Source: Candidatus Latescibacterota bacterium (GTDB lineage Bacteria > Latescibacterota > UBA2968). Taken from it: a DNA stretch of 64,000 nt. Shown one piece after another: positions 32,050 to 40,179 of this stretch. The stretch lies in NCBI GenBank assembly GCA_965207885.1, contig OZ242311.1:2336001-2400000 (forward strand), given 5' to 3'. Within the stretch, counting starts at the first letter, position 1. Each line of letters starts with the position of its first letter. The notes beneath the pieces were generated by a model, which saw only the letters and a list, made by a program, of their open reading frames with translations, did no database searches and had not been told where the DNA came from. The position numbers and the translations under genes were made by a program.

Positions 32050-32265
32050 ATGCCAAAGGGACCAAACGGAGAAAAGCGCCCTGGCGATGTCGTATCTTGT
32101 GCTGTAACAGTAGCACGTATTGCAACCGGTGAAATAGAAGATACGAAATACAAACAGCCAGGCAAACGAAAAGGAGGGGTCGCAGGTGGGCGTGCCCGTG
32201 CAAAAGCACTCTCGCCAAAGCGACGCAAAGAAATAGCGAAAAAAGCTGCCGCCGCAAGGTGGTAG
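32050..32265 (+). CDS. Small basic IS-associated protein (histone-H1-like, putative nucleic-acid binding)
   Basis: RBS AGGAGG; GG..GGRARAKALS..RRKEIAKKAAAARW; terminator follows. Confidence 0.8.
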   Translation: MPKGPNGEKRPGDVVSCAVTVARIATGEIEDTKYKQPGKRKGGVAGGRARAKALSPKRRKEIAKKAAAARW

Positions 32266-32282
32266 CTATCAGAGCAAGGAAT

Positions 32283-32313
32283 AAGCCGAGGTCTATACGA
32301 TCTCGGCTTTTTT
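32283..32313 (+). terminator. Intrinsic terminator
   Basis: AAGCCGAG..CTCGGCTT followed by a T-run. Confidence 0.8.
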
Positions 32314-32335
32314 GTTTTCAAAAACCACTCTATCC

Positions 32336-32364
32336 TTGACAATGGCTTTTTGCAGTGGTACATT
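32336..32364 (+). promoter_or_regulatory. Putative sigma70 promoter with extended -10
   Basis: TTGACA-N17-TACATT, with TG at 32356-32357. Confidence 0.65.
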
Positions 32365-32379
32365 TCTTATGCTTCAGAT

Positions 32380-32514
32380 TAGTCACACTCAGTAGAGGCC
32401 CCGCTTGGTCGGGTAGCCTGCTGAATAGAATAGCCAAATTGTGGAGCGGATTAGCTACCCGTCCCCGGTGAATAGGTAGGGCCCTCCTCGCATCTCTCTG
32501 CGTGAGTGTGACTA
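32380..32514 (+). ncRNA. Putative structured RNA or 5' leader of unknown class
   Basis: Nested stems TAGTCACACTCA/TGAGTGTGACTA, GTAGAG/CTCTGC, GGCCC/GGGCC and CGGGTAGC/GCTACCCG directly downstream of a promoter. Confidence 0.5.
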
Positions 32515-32557
32515 CTACCCGGCATCCTTGCGCAATCTTTTCCACACACATTCATAC

Positions 32558-32662
32558 ACAAAAAAGAGCCGGAAGACTCTGGCGGAGCCTCCCGGCAAAG
32601 GCAGACACGCGAACCACCCGTTGAAAGTTTATCGCTGCATCCACCTGATTCGTAAATGAGTG
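32558..32662 (-). ncRNA. Putative ~105-nt antisense sRNA
   Basis: Minus-strand TTGACA(32697-32692)-N17-TACTTT(32674-32669); terminator GCCGGGAGGCTC..GAGTCTTCCGGC followed by a T-run. Confidence 0.45.
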
Positions 32663-32744
32663 GATTTCAAAGTAAGTAAAAACCTGCTTTGTGTCAATTC
32701 TGTTACAGGTGGATGTGGCGACTCACCACACAGAGGAGGTTTAA

Positions 32745-33377
32745 ATGTATAGGTTCATTCTTGCTGTTTTGTCGGTACTTGTGTACTCTGCTGGCTCGCC
32801 AATGCTCGCTACTGAGCGGCCTTATTTACGGACTGATAGCGGCCAAGCCCGTCAGTTGCGCTATTCGGAGATCTATGCAACGGCCTGGTACGGAACAGAG
32901 GGCACCATTAACCTTCATATAATAATGTCATGGACTCCTAGCAATTCCATGACCTTCGTGAAATGGTTAGTAGTCAACGATACGGCTCGGGATCTGTATT
33001 CTGTGACCATTGGAGACAGGGAGTACGAGTGTTCTAATGGAAATGTGATAACCGTCAAGGGGAATTGGTGGACTGATCCCTTGGAGGGCAGAAGGGTAGA
33101 TGACACCGTGGTCATTGGAGGCAGGGAGTACGAATTGCCGCGGGGGTGGATGCGGCGTGTTGGTGGGACCAACCCCGACATCATACTCCACAAGAAGTCT
33201 CCGCGCGGCCAGAAGGAGTGTCCGCGCATCACAAGCATCCGCCTGAAGGGAGACCCTAAATCTCTTGTTAAATACCTCATCAACAAAGGTGACAAAGATG
33301 TGCATGGCTGGGGAGAGGGCGGGCGAGTTGAGGTTTACCGGAAGGTATCCCGTCGCTGGAAATTGGAGATTAAATAG
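32745..33377 (+). CDS. Hypothetical exported passenger protein
   Basis: RBS GAGGAGG; signal peptide; internal repeat VTIGDREYE/VVIGGREYE. Confidence 0.7.
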   Translation: MYRFILAVLSVLVYSAGSPMLATERPYLRTDSGQARQLRYSEIYATAWYGTEGTINLHIIMSWTPSNSMTFVKWLVVNDTARDLYSVTIGDREYECSNGNVITVKGNWWTDPLEGRRVDDTVVIGGREYELPRGWMRRVGGTNPDIILHKKSPRGQKECPRITSIRLKGDPKSLVKYLINKGDKDVHGWGEGGRVEVYRKVSRRWKLEIK

Positions 33378-33395
33378 GCCACATAGCTTTAGTCG

Positions 33396-33581
33396 CTATC
33401 GCGGGATCTGATAATCCTCAATGACCGTGATTTCCTCCAAGGTGACGCCTGGTGCTGGTCTGATGGTTTTTACCAATATCTGACGCTTCTTCTGCTGTTC
33501 GGCCCGATTCTGCCTTTCAGGGCAGATTCTGGTGCATAGCACATAATAGCCAAGATACGGGCATTGCTGACACTTTACCAT
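33396..33581 (-). CDS. Small Cys-rich passenger protein (CxxC...CxxxC)
   Basis: RBS AGAGGAG; 61 aa; candidate promoter at 33769-33741. Confidence 0.5.
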   Translation of the reverse strand: MVKCQQCPYLGYYVLCTRICPERQNRAEQQKKRQILVKTIRPAPGVTLEEITVIEDYQIPR

Positions 33582-33607
33582 GACAGAGGTCTCCTCTAAC
33601 TAAAGAC

Positions 33608-33692
33608 TTGACCTCAGTACACAAATTTAGTATAATCTAAGTGTCTGGTGCCAAGGCATTCTTTTGGGGCGTGCTCATAACACGCCCTTTTC
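33608..33692 (+). ncRNA. Promoter plus ~50-nt putative sRNA antisense to the 33581 ORF leader
   Basis: TTGACC-N17-TATAAT (33608-33636); hairpin GGGCGTG/CACGCCC plus TTTT (33667-33691). Confidence 0.45.
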
Positions 33693-33797
33693 CTTGCCCA
33701 CCTCATTTTCGGCAGGCTCGTTGCGCTCTGCAACTATTCAATATTAACCGTTTTTCCCCACCCTGTCAACCATTCCCACTTAGTTTGACATAAATGC

Positions 33798-33826
33798 TTG
33801 ACAAACAGCACCTTAATCGCTAAATT
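33798..33826 (+). promoter_or_regulatory. Transposase promoter, probably leaderless mRNA
   Basis: TTGACA-N17-TAAATT with only 6 nt before ATG 33833. Confidence 0.6.
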
Positions 33827-33832
33827 TAAGGT

Positions 33833-34672
33833 ATGAATAAGTTAAGCAAAAACAAGCGGATACAGATACTTGCGATGTTGTGTGAGGGCATGTCGATGCG
33901 GTCGGTAAGCCGTGTTGTCGGGTGTTCTATCAACTCCGTATTGAAGTTGTTGGTAGATGCAGGACAGGTGTGTGCGTTTTACCATGATGAGCATGTGCGC
34001 GGTATAGAAGCAGCCCATATCCAGTGTGATGAGATATGGGCTTTTTGTTATTGTAAGCAGAAAACGGTAGAAAACGGGAATGTGGATCAATACGGTGCGG
34101 GTGATGTGTGGACGTGGACGGCATTAGAGCGAGACACAAAGTTGATCATTGCCTATGAGGTCGGAGATCGGTCTGCTGTGACCGCAATGGAGTTTATATC
34201 GAATCTCCGTGCGAGATTGGTGACCCGGGTACAATTGACGACGGATGGCCTGAGGGCGTATCTCGAAGCGGTCGAGGGCGCGTTTGGTGATGATATAGAC
34301 TTTGCCCAATTGGTGAAGATTTACGATACTGAGACGAACCAGTTGAAACGTGTGGTGATTGGAAACCCTGTTGAGAGCGATATTTCAACATCCCACGTTG
34401 AGCGTCAGAATCTCAATATGCGAATGGGGATGCGCCGGTTTACGCGACTGACGAATGCGTTTTCAAAGAAGTTGGAAAACCACATTCACATGCTGAGTCT
34501 CTACTTTCTGTATTACAATTTCGTGCGGATGCATTTGACGTTGGAGACAACGCCAGCAGTCGCGGCAGGGTTGGCAGACGAAGCCTACACAATGGGCTGG
34601 ATCGTTGACCTGGTGGATGCTCACGCACCCAAACCCAATCGACCAAAAACGTACCGCAAAATTTCAAACTGA
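33833..34672 (+). CDS. IS1-family DDE transposase (single ORF)
   Basis: N-terminal HTH (EGMSMRSVSRVVGCSINSV), DEIW, TTDG, VERQN..RFTRLT.AFSKK; stop lies within the right TIR. Confidence 0.92.
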   Translation: MNKLSKNKRIQILAMLCEGMSMRSVSRVVGCSINSVLKLLVDAGQVCAFYHDEHVRGIEAAHIQCDEIWAFCYCKQKTVENGNVDQYGAGDVWTWTALERDTKLIIAYEVGDRSAVTAMEFISNLRARLVTRVQLTTDGLRAYLEAVEGAFGDDIDFAQLVKIYDTETNQLKRVVIGNPVESDISTSHVERQNLNMRMGMRRFTRLTNAFSKKLENHIHMLSLYFLYYNFVRMHLTLETTPAVAAGLADEAYTMGWIVDLVDAHAPKPNRPKTYRKISN

Positions 34673-34681
34673 GACACTACC

Positions 34682-36191
34682 TATTTTTGACATGCTGAAC
34701 ATACCAGTTTTTGTGGATGCGATCCCACCAGTAGATGTATTTGGACTCGGGTGAAAGGGTGGGACGCGTCTGCATTTTGGTGAGTACGCGCATTGCTTCA
34801 CCGGTTTTTATGTCGATCAAATAGCTGTCGTAATAAGCCGGCGAATCCCACGAAATGAGTTGTCGATAGGGGAGAATCGAATAGCCTATCGCGACATCGG
34901 CATTGCCCTCGCTTCCCAGACGAATATTGGGAATGGTTTCTGTGGCGAGTTGAACGATTTTGCCATTGTTGAGGTGAAAGACGGCGCGATATGTGCGTTC
35001 GCGTTCCTCTTTGGCATCTTTGAGTTGCATGGGTTGGAGATAGGGGTCTTTCCAGTTCCAGATATCGACTGCGACTTTTTCGTCGTCGGGCGTGTCGTCC
35101 TCTGCTTCCACTTCTGGTCTGGAGGCGGTGCCAAAAAAGAGGCGCTTGCCATTTTTGGAAAAGGAGAGGTTGGCGTGTTCGCTGACCCACCAGTTTGGGG
35201 GTATGCCCTTAGTTCCAGATCGGGCGATTTCTTTTGCCTTATTGCGCGAGCCAACGGGCCAGTAATAGAGGGCGTATTCCTGTTGCTCTGCGTTAAAGCT
35301 GTCGCGGTTGGCAATAAATGCGAGATGGAGACTGGATTCGTCGGTGGTGATTTTTTTGTAATCGCCCGCGCCCGTGAGTATGGCTGTGGTGTCGCCCGTG
35401 CTGGTGCGAATGGCGTAGATGCCATCGGCTGTGCTGTCTTTGTTGGCGGCGACAAAAATGAGATACGAACCGCTTTCTGTGAAGGCGTAGGAGATTACGT
35501 GGTTATATCGCGTTTCAGCACTGGTCTGGAGGTTGCGGAGAACGAGTGTGGTGCCTTCGGCTTTTTTGCGTTTTTTCTTTTTGGGATCTTTCGGTTCTTC
35601 TTTTTTGGCTTCTTCAGGTCCTGGCTTTTGCTCGGGCTGTTTTTCGGGTTTGGATGTTTGCTCTTCCTTTTTTTCAGGTTCGGGTGCTTTTTTCTTTTTT
35701 TTCACAGTACTGTCTTTTTTGGCGATTTCTTTTTCCAGCAAATAAGCGACCCATCCTCCGTTTTCTTTGGGTAGTTTGAAGGATTTGACGCGGGTGGCTT
35801 TAAAGATATCTCCCGTGGCGAGGGTGATGATGCCAAGTGAGTCTTTGGGCGATTCTTCGGGTTTTTTCTTGTCGCGTTTTGCCTGTTGTACCGAGTCTTT
35901 GAAGGCTTTGATGAGGGTGACGATATAACGCGAATCTCTGGTGAATCGAATGGCTTCTCCGCGCGGTATCGCATAGGAGCGGTCACCTGTGAGGCTTGCG
36001 ATGCGGAGTTCGGTGTCTTTTTCGTCCGGGCCGATAGAGAGAAAAGCCCATTGTCCGTTGTCGGAAATATTGCTGGCATGCGTGCGATTCCATATGTCGT
36101 ACACATCGTGATCCAGCGGCTTTTTCTGCTGGGCAAAGACGAGTGGAGATATACTCAAGAGTACAGATAGCAGGTATGTAGATAGACGCAT
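34682..36191 (-). pseudogene. S9 prolyl oligopeptidase family, N-terminal fragment (IS-interrupted)
   Basis: Signal peptide, QKKPLDHDVYDIW, beta-propeller-like region, Lys/Glu/Pro linker; truncated at the IS. Confidence 0.9.
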
Positions 36192-36305
36192 AGGTGATCT
36201 CTCAGAAGTAGGTCAAATTTTGGGCGGATCGTTTTGGTCAATATAAGTAGATATACAGCGGTGGGCAAAAGTAAAAGACGCACTGGTGAATCTACAAGAA
36301 GACAC

Positions 36306-36334
36306 TTGCAAAAATGTCGCTTTTAAGCTACATT
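36306..36334 (+). promoter_or_regulatory. TA promoter with overlapping operator palindrome
   Basis: TTGCAA-N17-TACATT; imperfect palindrome ATGTCGCTTTTAAGCTACAT; ATG 6 nt downstream. Confidence 0.6.
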
Positions 36335-36340
36335 CAGTAT

Positions 36341-36675
36341 ATGCAGGAAGCAATCCCCCGACAGATTGAGGAATATATCACTGCTGAAGGCCGAGTCCCC
36401 TTCAGCCAATGGCTCAAGAGTCTGAATGATCGAAAGGCTCACGAATTAGAGTTCGCTTGGACCGCCTCAGCATGGGTAACCTCGGCGATTGTCGCTCCCT
36501 GGGCGGTAGCCTCTATGAACTTCGACTCGACTATGGACCTGGTTACCGCGTCTATTTTGGTGAAGTCCGAGAACGGGTTATTCTACTTTTGGCTGGCGGT
36601 ACTAAAAAATCTCAACAAAGAGATATCGCTCAGGCCAGAAACTTTTGGGCTGACTTCAGGAGGCGAGAGTTATGA
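36341..36675 (+). pseudogene. RelE/HigB-type addiction-module toxin, frameshifted
   Basis: MQEAIP..GRVPFSQWLKSLNDRKA in one frame continues as RIRVRLDRLSMGNLGD..YELRLDYGPGYRVYF..GGTKKSQQRDI in another; shift near 36439. Confidence 0.85.
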
Positions 36676-36977
36676 GCAAGACATCAAGACCATATAAGCC
36701 GGAACTGCTTAAAGCACTTCAAGACCCTATAGAAGCCGCAGAATATTTGAACGCGGCTCTGGAAGAAGATATGAATGAGTTATTTCTGTTAGCACTCCGA
36801 AATGTTGCAGAAGCTTATGGTATGACTCGGCTCGCTGAGGATGCACAGTTGAACCGTGAATCTATGTATCGCATGTTATCAGAGAAGGGCAATCCGCAGT
36901 TTACCAGCCTGATTTCCATCCTGAGGCAACTTGGCTTGAAACTCTCTGTTCAAGCAAAGGAATCAGTCCCTGTGTAG
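36672..36977 (+). CDS. Addiction-module antidote (HTH antitoxin, HigA-like)
   Basis: AAEYLNAALE, ALRNVAEAYGM..LA...LNRESMYRMLSEKGNP; ATGA overlap with the toxin stop. Confidence 0.9.
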   Translation: MSKTSRPYKPELLKALQDPIEAAEYLNAALEEDMNELFLLALRNVAEAYGMTRLAEDAQLNRESMYRMLSEKGNPQFTSLISILRQLGLKLSVQAKESVPV

Positions 36978-37005
36978 CCCGCTTATCAATCTCCTCATAA
37001 AACAT

Positions 37006-37033
37006 AAAAGCCGACACATAAACGTCGGCTTTT
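37006..37033. terminator. Bidirectional intrinsic terminator
   Basis: AAAAGCCGAC..GTCGGCTTTT. Confidence 0.8.
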
Positions 37034-37059
37034 ACTTTTTTGGTCCTTTTGGCGGACAC

Positions 37060-37548
37060 TCAGAAATTTGATTCTACGTGATATTCGGCAGAGTATTCTT
37101 TTAAGTTCTTTTTGATTTGCTGAAATTGCGTGTATGAACATGTGCCCGCTGGAATTTCAATGGGATGTGTGGGTTGGGCTTTCGGAATGATTTCCACGCC
37201 GTTGATTTTGAGGTGCATCGTCTGGATTTCATCCCAGGATATTTTTTTAGCCTGCCCGCGTCGTTTGGCTTTAATTTCCAGGCCTTCATTGCTGAATACT
37301 ACATAAGATCGTCCATATTTTTTGCTGAGATAGAGTTCAACGAGCATCACAGTGATTAGCGCAACACCGCAGAATATCTGAATTATGCCGCCTATCCACT
37401 TTGTGGAACCATATATGTGAGAAAGTGCTTGCCAGCCCTGGTAGATACTGCTGATTGCGAACAAACAGAATGCTGATATCCACACACCCCACAGGCCCTT
37501 CATTCGGCGGGGGTCTTCTACGTCAAAGTAAATTGTAAAAGTATCCAT
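37060..37548 (-). CDS. Hypothetical membrane protein (2 TM plus PH-like soluble domain)
   Basis: RBS GGAG; two TMs followed by ISWDEI motif. Confidence 0.65.
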   Translation of the reverse strand: MDTFTIYFDVEDPRRMKGLWGVWISAFCLFAISSIYQGWQALSHIYGSTKWIGGIIQIFCGVALITVMLVELYLSKKYGRSYVVFSNEGLEIKAKRRGQAKKISWDEIQTMHLKINGVEIIPKAQPTHPIEIPAGTCSYTQFQQIKKNLKEYSAEYHVESNF

Positions 37549-37577
37549 GCATCATTCTCCAAAGTTTTGCCTGTGAC

Positions 37578-37835
37578 TTATCTCTCAGTCTCATCCTTTG
37601 AAACCTCACCCTGATCATCCTCTGAAATATGGCGGATTTCTCCAGCGCGTTGCTGTACAACTTCTTGTGCTGCGCGTTTTTTGTCCTCGTTGAGCATGAG
37701 GTCTGTTGCGCCGAGCATTGTGGTAGCCGATCCGCCTGCACCTTTGCGACTGCCTTTCACAAGCGCGTAAATTGCATAGCCGATGACGAGAATTAGAATA
37801 AGTGTAAGGATGGCGACACCTATGAGATGTTCCAT
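37578..37835 (-). CDS. Small hypothetical membrane protein
   Basis: N-terminal TM; abuts the ABC permease stop. Confidence 0.6.
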   Translation of the reverse strand: MEHLIGVAILTLILILVIGYAIYALVKGSRKGAGGSATTMLGATDLMLNEDKKRAAQEVVQQRAGEIRHISEDDQGEVSKDETER

Positions 37836-39032
37836 TTAAGTCTCCCGAAAGATCGTGCTTTCGCGTTCAAACCATCTGGCGCAGCCGTAGAGGCTGAGGG
37901 CTGCAAGGGCGATGAGTGAGGCATAGACTTCGAACAATAGGGGCAGTTTGATGGTTCCCGCGAAAATTTCTTTGGAGGCAAGCGAGACATTTAAGACCGG
38001 TATGAGCGATGTGATGGCATTGAGTTCGATGCCGGGTAAGAGGCCGATAAATACGGGAATAATAATGATGATGTTGAGGGGCGCCATAATGCTCTGCGCT
38101 TCTTTGAAAGATTTGGCAAAGATGGAGACAGACATTAAAGCGGCGGCAAAAAAGATGGTTAAGGGCAGGCACAGAGAAAGGACCAGGAGGATGGACGATA
38201 TTTCGAACATGCCCTGTAGCGCGTCGAGGATTCTTGCGACAATTTCTCGTTGTAACATAACGGCTATAAAAAAACCGATAAAACTGTTGGCGATTGACGC
38301 AAATCCCGATAGGACAATCACACCACATTTGCCCAGCAAGATCTGAATTTTGCTGACGGGAGCGACGAGCAGTGTTTCGAGGGTGGCGCGTTCTTTTTCT
38401 CCCGCACCCAGATCAAGGGCTGGATACATACAACCCATAAAACACATTAAGACAAAAATATAAGGCAAAAAACCGCCCACGCTTTTTCCGATTCTTTCCC
38501 GTTGAGAAGCAATGTCGTGGCGTCTGACCTGCACGGGATCCACAATTGTGCGGTCGAGGGCAAGCCGTTGAAATCGGTCATTGACGATCTGGTTTTCGTA
38601 GTCTCGAATTAGACTTGTCAGGCGATTGCGGGATGCGTCCATATCTCTGGAGGATTTGAAATAGAGATGGATTTGACCGCGTTGTAAGTCGGTGATTTGG
38701 GCATCGAATTGCTCGTCAACGCGAATGGCTGCATCTATGCTGTCTGATCGGATGAGCTGAGGGATTATGTCTTCTGTGATGTCTTCTCGAATCTTCAGGT
38801 CGTCGCGCTTGAGCAGGGTTTCGCGGAATGCCTCTGCATTGCCATTGGTGATCAGAGCAACTTCAAGTGTTTTGGTTCTGACTTTTTGGGCCTGACGAGT
38901 AGTAAAAACGGCTGCAATTGTGAATAACAGCGGGAATAACAGCATTGGTATGATAAACATCATCATCATCGAACGCCGGTCGCGCGTGATGTCCTTAAAT
39001 TCTTTTTTGAAGATGGTGAGGATTGTTTTCAT
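37836..39032 (-). CDS. ABC-2 permease, NatB-like
   Basis: KKEFKDITRDRR, AGEKERATLETLL and AKSFKEAQS motifs. Confidence 0.9.
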   Translation of the reverse strand: MKTILTIFKKEFKDITRDRRSMMMMFIIPMLLFPLLFTIAAVFTTRQAQKVRTKTLEVALITNGNAEAFRETLLKRDDLKIREDITEDIIPQLIRSDSIDAAIRVDEQFDAQITDLQRGQIHLYFKSSRDMDASRNRLTSLIRDYENQIVNDRFQRLALDRTIVDPVQVRRHDIASQRERIGKSVGGFLPYIFVLMCFMGCMYPALDLGAGEKERATLETLLVAPVSKIQILLGKCGVIVLSGFASIANSFIGFFIAVMLQREIVARILDALQGMFEISSILLVLSLCLPLTIFFAAALMSVSIFAKSFKEAQSIMAPLNIIIIIPVFIGLLPGIELNAITSLIPVLNVSLASKEIFAGTIKLPLLFEVYASLIALAALSLYGCARWFERESTIFRET

Positions 39033-39077
39033 GGGGACCTCTTATTGGTCGGTCAAATAAGTTTCGTGCCTAAATCC

Positions 39078-39153
39078 ACTGGACGCCTGCTTAAGGCCTG
39101 CAGGCGTGACGAACGGTAGGTGTCATTGCGGCATGGTGTTAGCCGCAATCCAG
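39078..39153. repeat. REP-like doublet (two inverted palindromic units)
   Basis: CTGGA-CGCCTGC..GCAGGCG-TGAC followed by GTCA-TTGCGGC..GCCGCAA-TCCAG. Confidence 0.6.
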
Positions 39154-39181
39154 AGGTTTTGGGTGGTTGGGCTGGGTTCGT

Positions 39182-39949
39182 CTATTCGTTTTCAACGATG
39201 CGAATAAATTCGTCTTCCAGCGTGGGGGTTTGCATCTGGTTTTGAAAGTCTTCTAAGGTGCCGTTAAACTGCAATTGGCCTTTGTGAATGATGGCGAGGT
39301 CGTCGCTGAGCAGGCTGACTTCACCCATGCGGTGCGTGGAAAAGATGACGGTTTTTCCCGCGTCCCGGCAGTCGCGGATGAGGTGTACGATATTGCGCGA
39401 GGTGACGACATCGAGACCGTCGGTGGGTTCGTCGAATACAATGACATCGGGGTCGTGTATGATCGTGCGTACAATGGAGACTTTTTGTTTCATGCCCGTG
39501 GAGAGTTTGCCAATGCGGCGGTTTGCAAAGGCTTCCATGTCGAGGAGGGCAAAGAGGTGGTCGCGCCGCGTGTTGTAATCGGCGCTGTTCATGCCGTGCA
39601 GGTCGGCAAAGTAGCGCACCATTTCATTGGGTGTCAGGCGATCGTACAAGCCCGTGTTGCCGGTGAGAAAGCCGAGGTTTTCGCGTACGGCTTGACTTTG
39701 TGTTACAGTGTCGTATTCCGCGACAGATATGCTGCCCGAAGTGGGTTTAAGCATGGTGGCAATCATGCGCAATGCGGTGGTTTTTCCCGCGCCATTGGGA
39801 CCCAATAGCGCGAAGACGCGACCCGGCTGACAGGTAAAGCTGATGTCGCACACCGCGTCAATAGTGTTGCCCTGAAAACCATCTCCCATTTCGCGCTTTT
39901 GCTGCCGCGACAATTTGAAGGTTTTGACAATATTTTTTGCGATAACCAT
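39182..39949 (-). CDS. ABC ATP-binding protein, NatA-like
   Basis: GPNGAGKT, LSTGMKQK and FDEPT motifs. Confidence 0.92.
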   Translation of the reverse strand: MVIAKNIVKTFKLSRQQKREMGDGFQGNTIDAVCDISFTCQPGRVFALLGPNGAGKTTALRMIATMLKPTSGSISVAEYDTVTQSQAVRENLGFLTGNTGLYDRLTPNEMVRYFADLHGMNSADYNTRRDHLFALLDMEAFANRRIGKLSTGMKQKVSIVRTIIHDPDVIVFDEPTDGLDVVTSRNIVHLIRDCRDAGKTVIFSTHRMGEVSLLSDDLAIIHKGQLQFNGTLEDFQNQMQTPTLEDEFIRIVENE

Positions 39950-40179
39950 AATGCACTCCGCGATTGCGGGTTGAATAGCGTATAGTCAGAAATCTCCCAT
40001 TACTTTTTTATATTAGTGATAGAGTTACCCAATTTTGTTTCAAAATGCAAGAGGACATTTTTTAGAAGGATAAAAATTTTACATATCGCTTAAGGCAGAG
40101 GGGCTGAGGGAGTATTTGACTTTGCTCTTCAGACTTTGCACCTTGCACTCGACTTTTTACGCGATTCCAAGGAAAAGAT

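Larger units (their letters stand above)
31916..34681 (+). mobile_element. IS1-family element with passenger genes (2,766 bp)
   Basis: TIRs GGTAGTGTCTCAGTTTGAAA(A/T)TTTGCGGT at 31916-31944 and 34653-34681; TSD TATTTTTG at 31908-31915 and 34682-34689; DDE transposase. Confidence 0.95.

Noticed and set aside
32380-32514. tRNA, SRP RNA, 6S RNA or hammerhead identity for the structured RNA
   Set aside because: No cloverleaf/T-loop, SRP loop or CUGANGA/GAAA core was recognised by eye; left unclassified pending an Rfam search.
35555-35740. T-rich low-complexity tract as a regulatory or simple repeat
   Set aside because: It is the Lys/Glu/Pro-rich linker coded on the minus strand of the S9 peptidase.
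36314-36697. 127-aa ORF as an intact toxin
   Set aside because: Its C-terminal part is off-frame read-through after the frameshift; the toxin motifs continue in the 36457-36675 frame.
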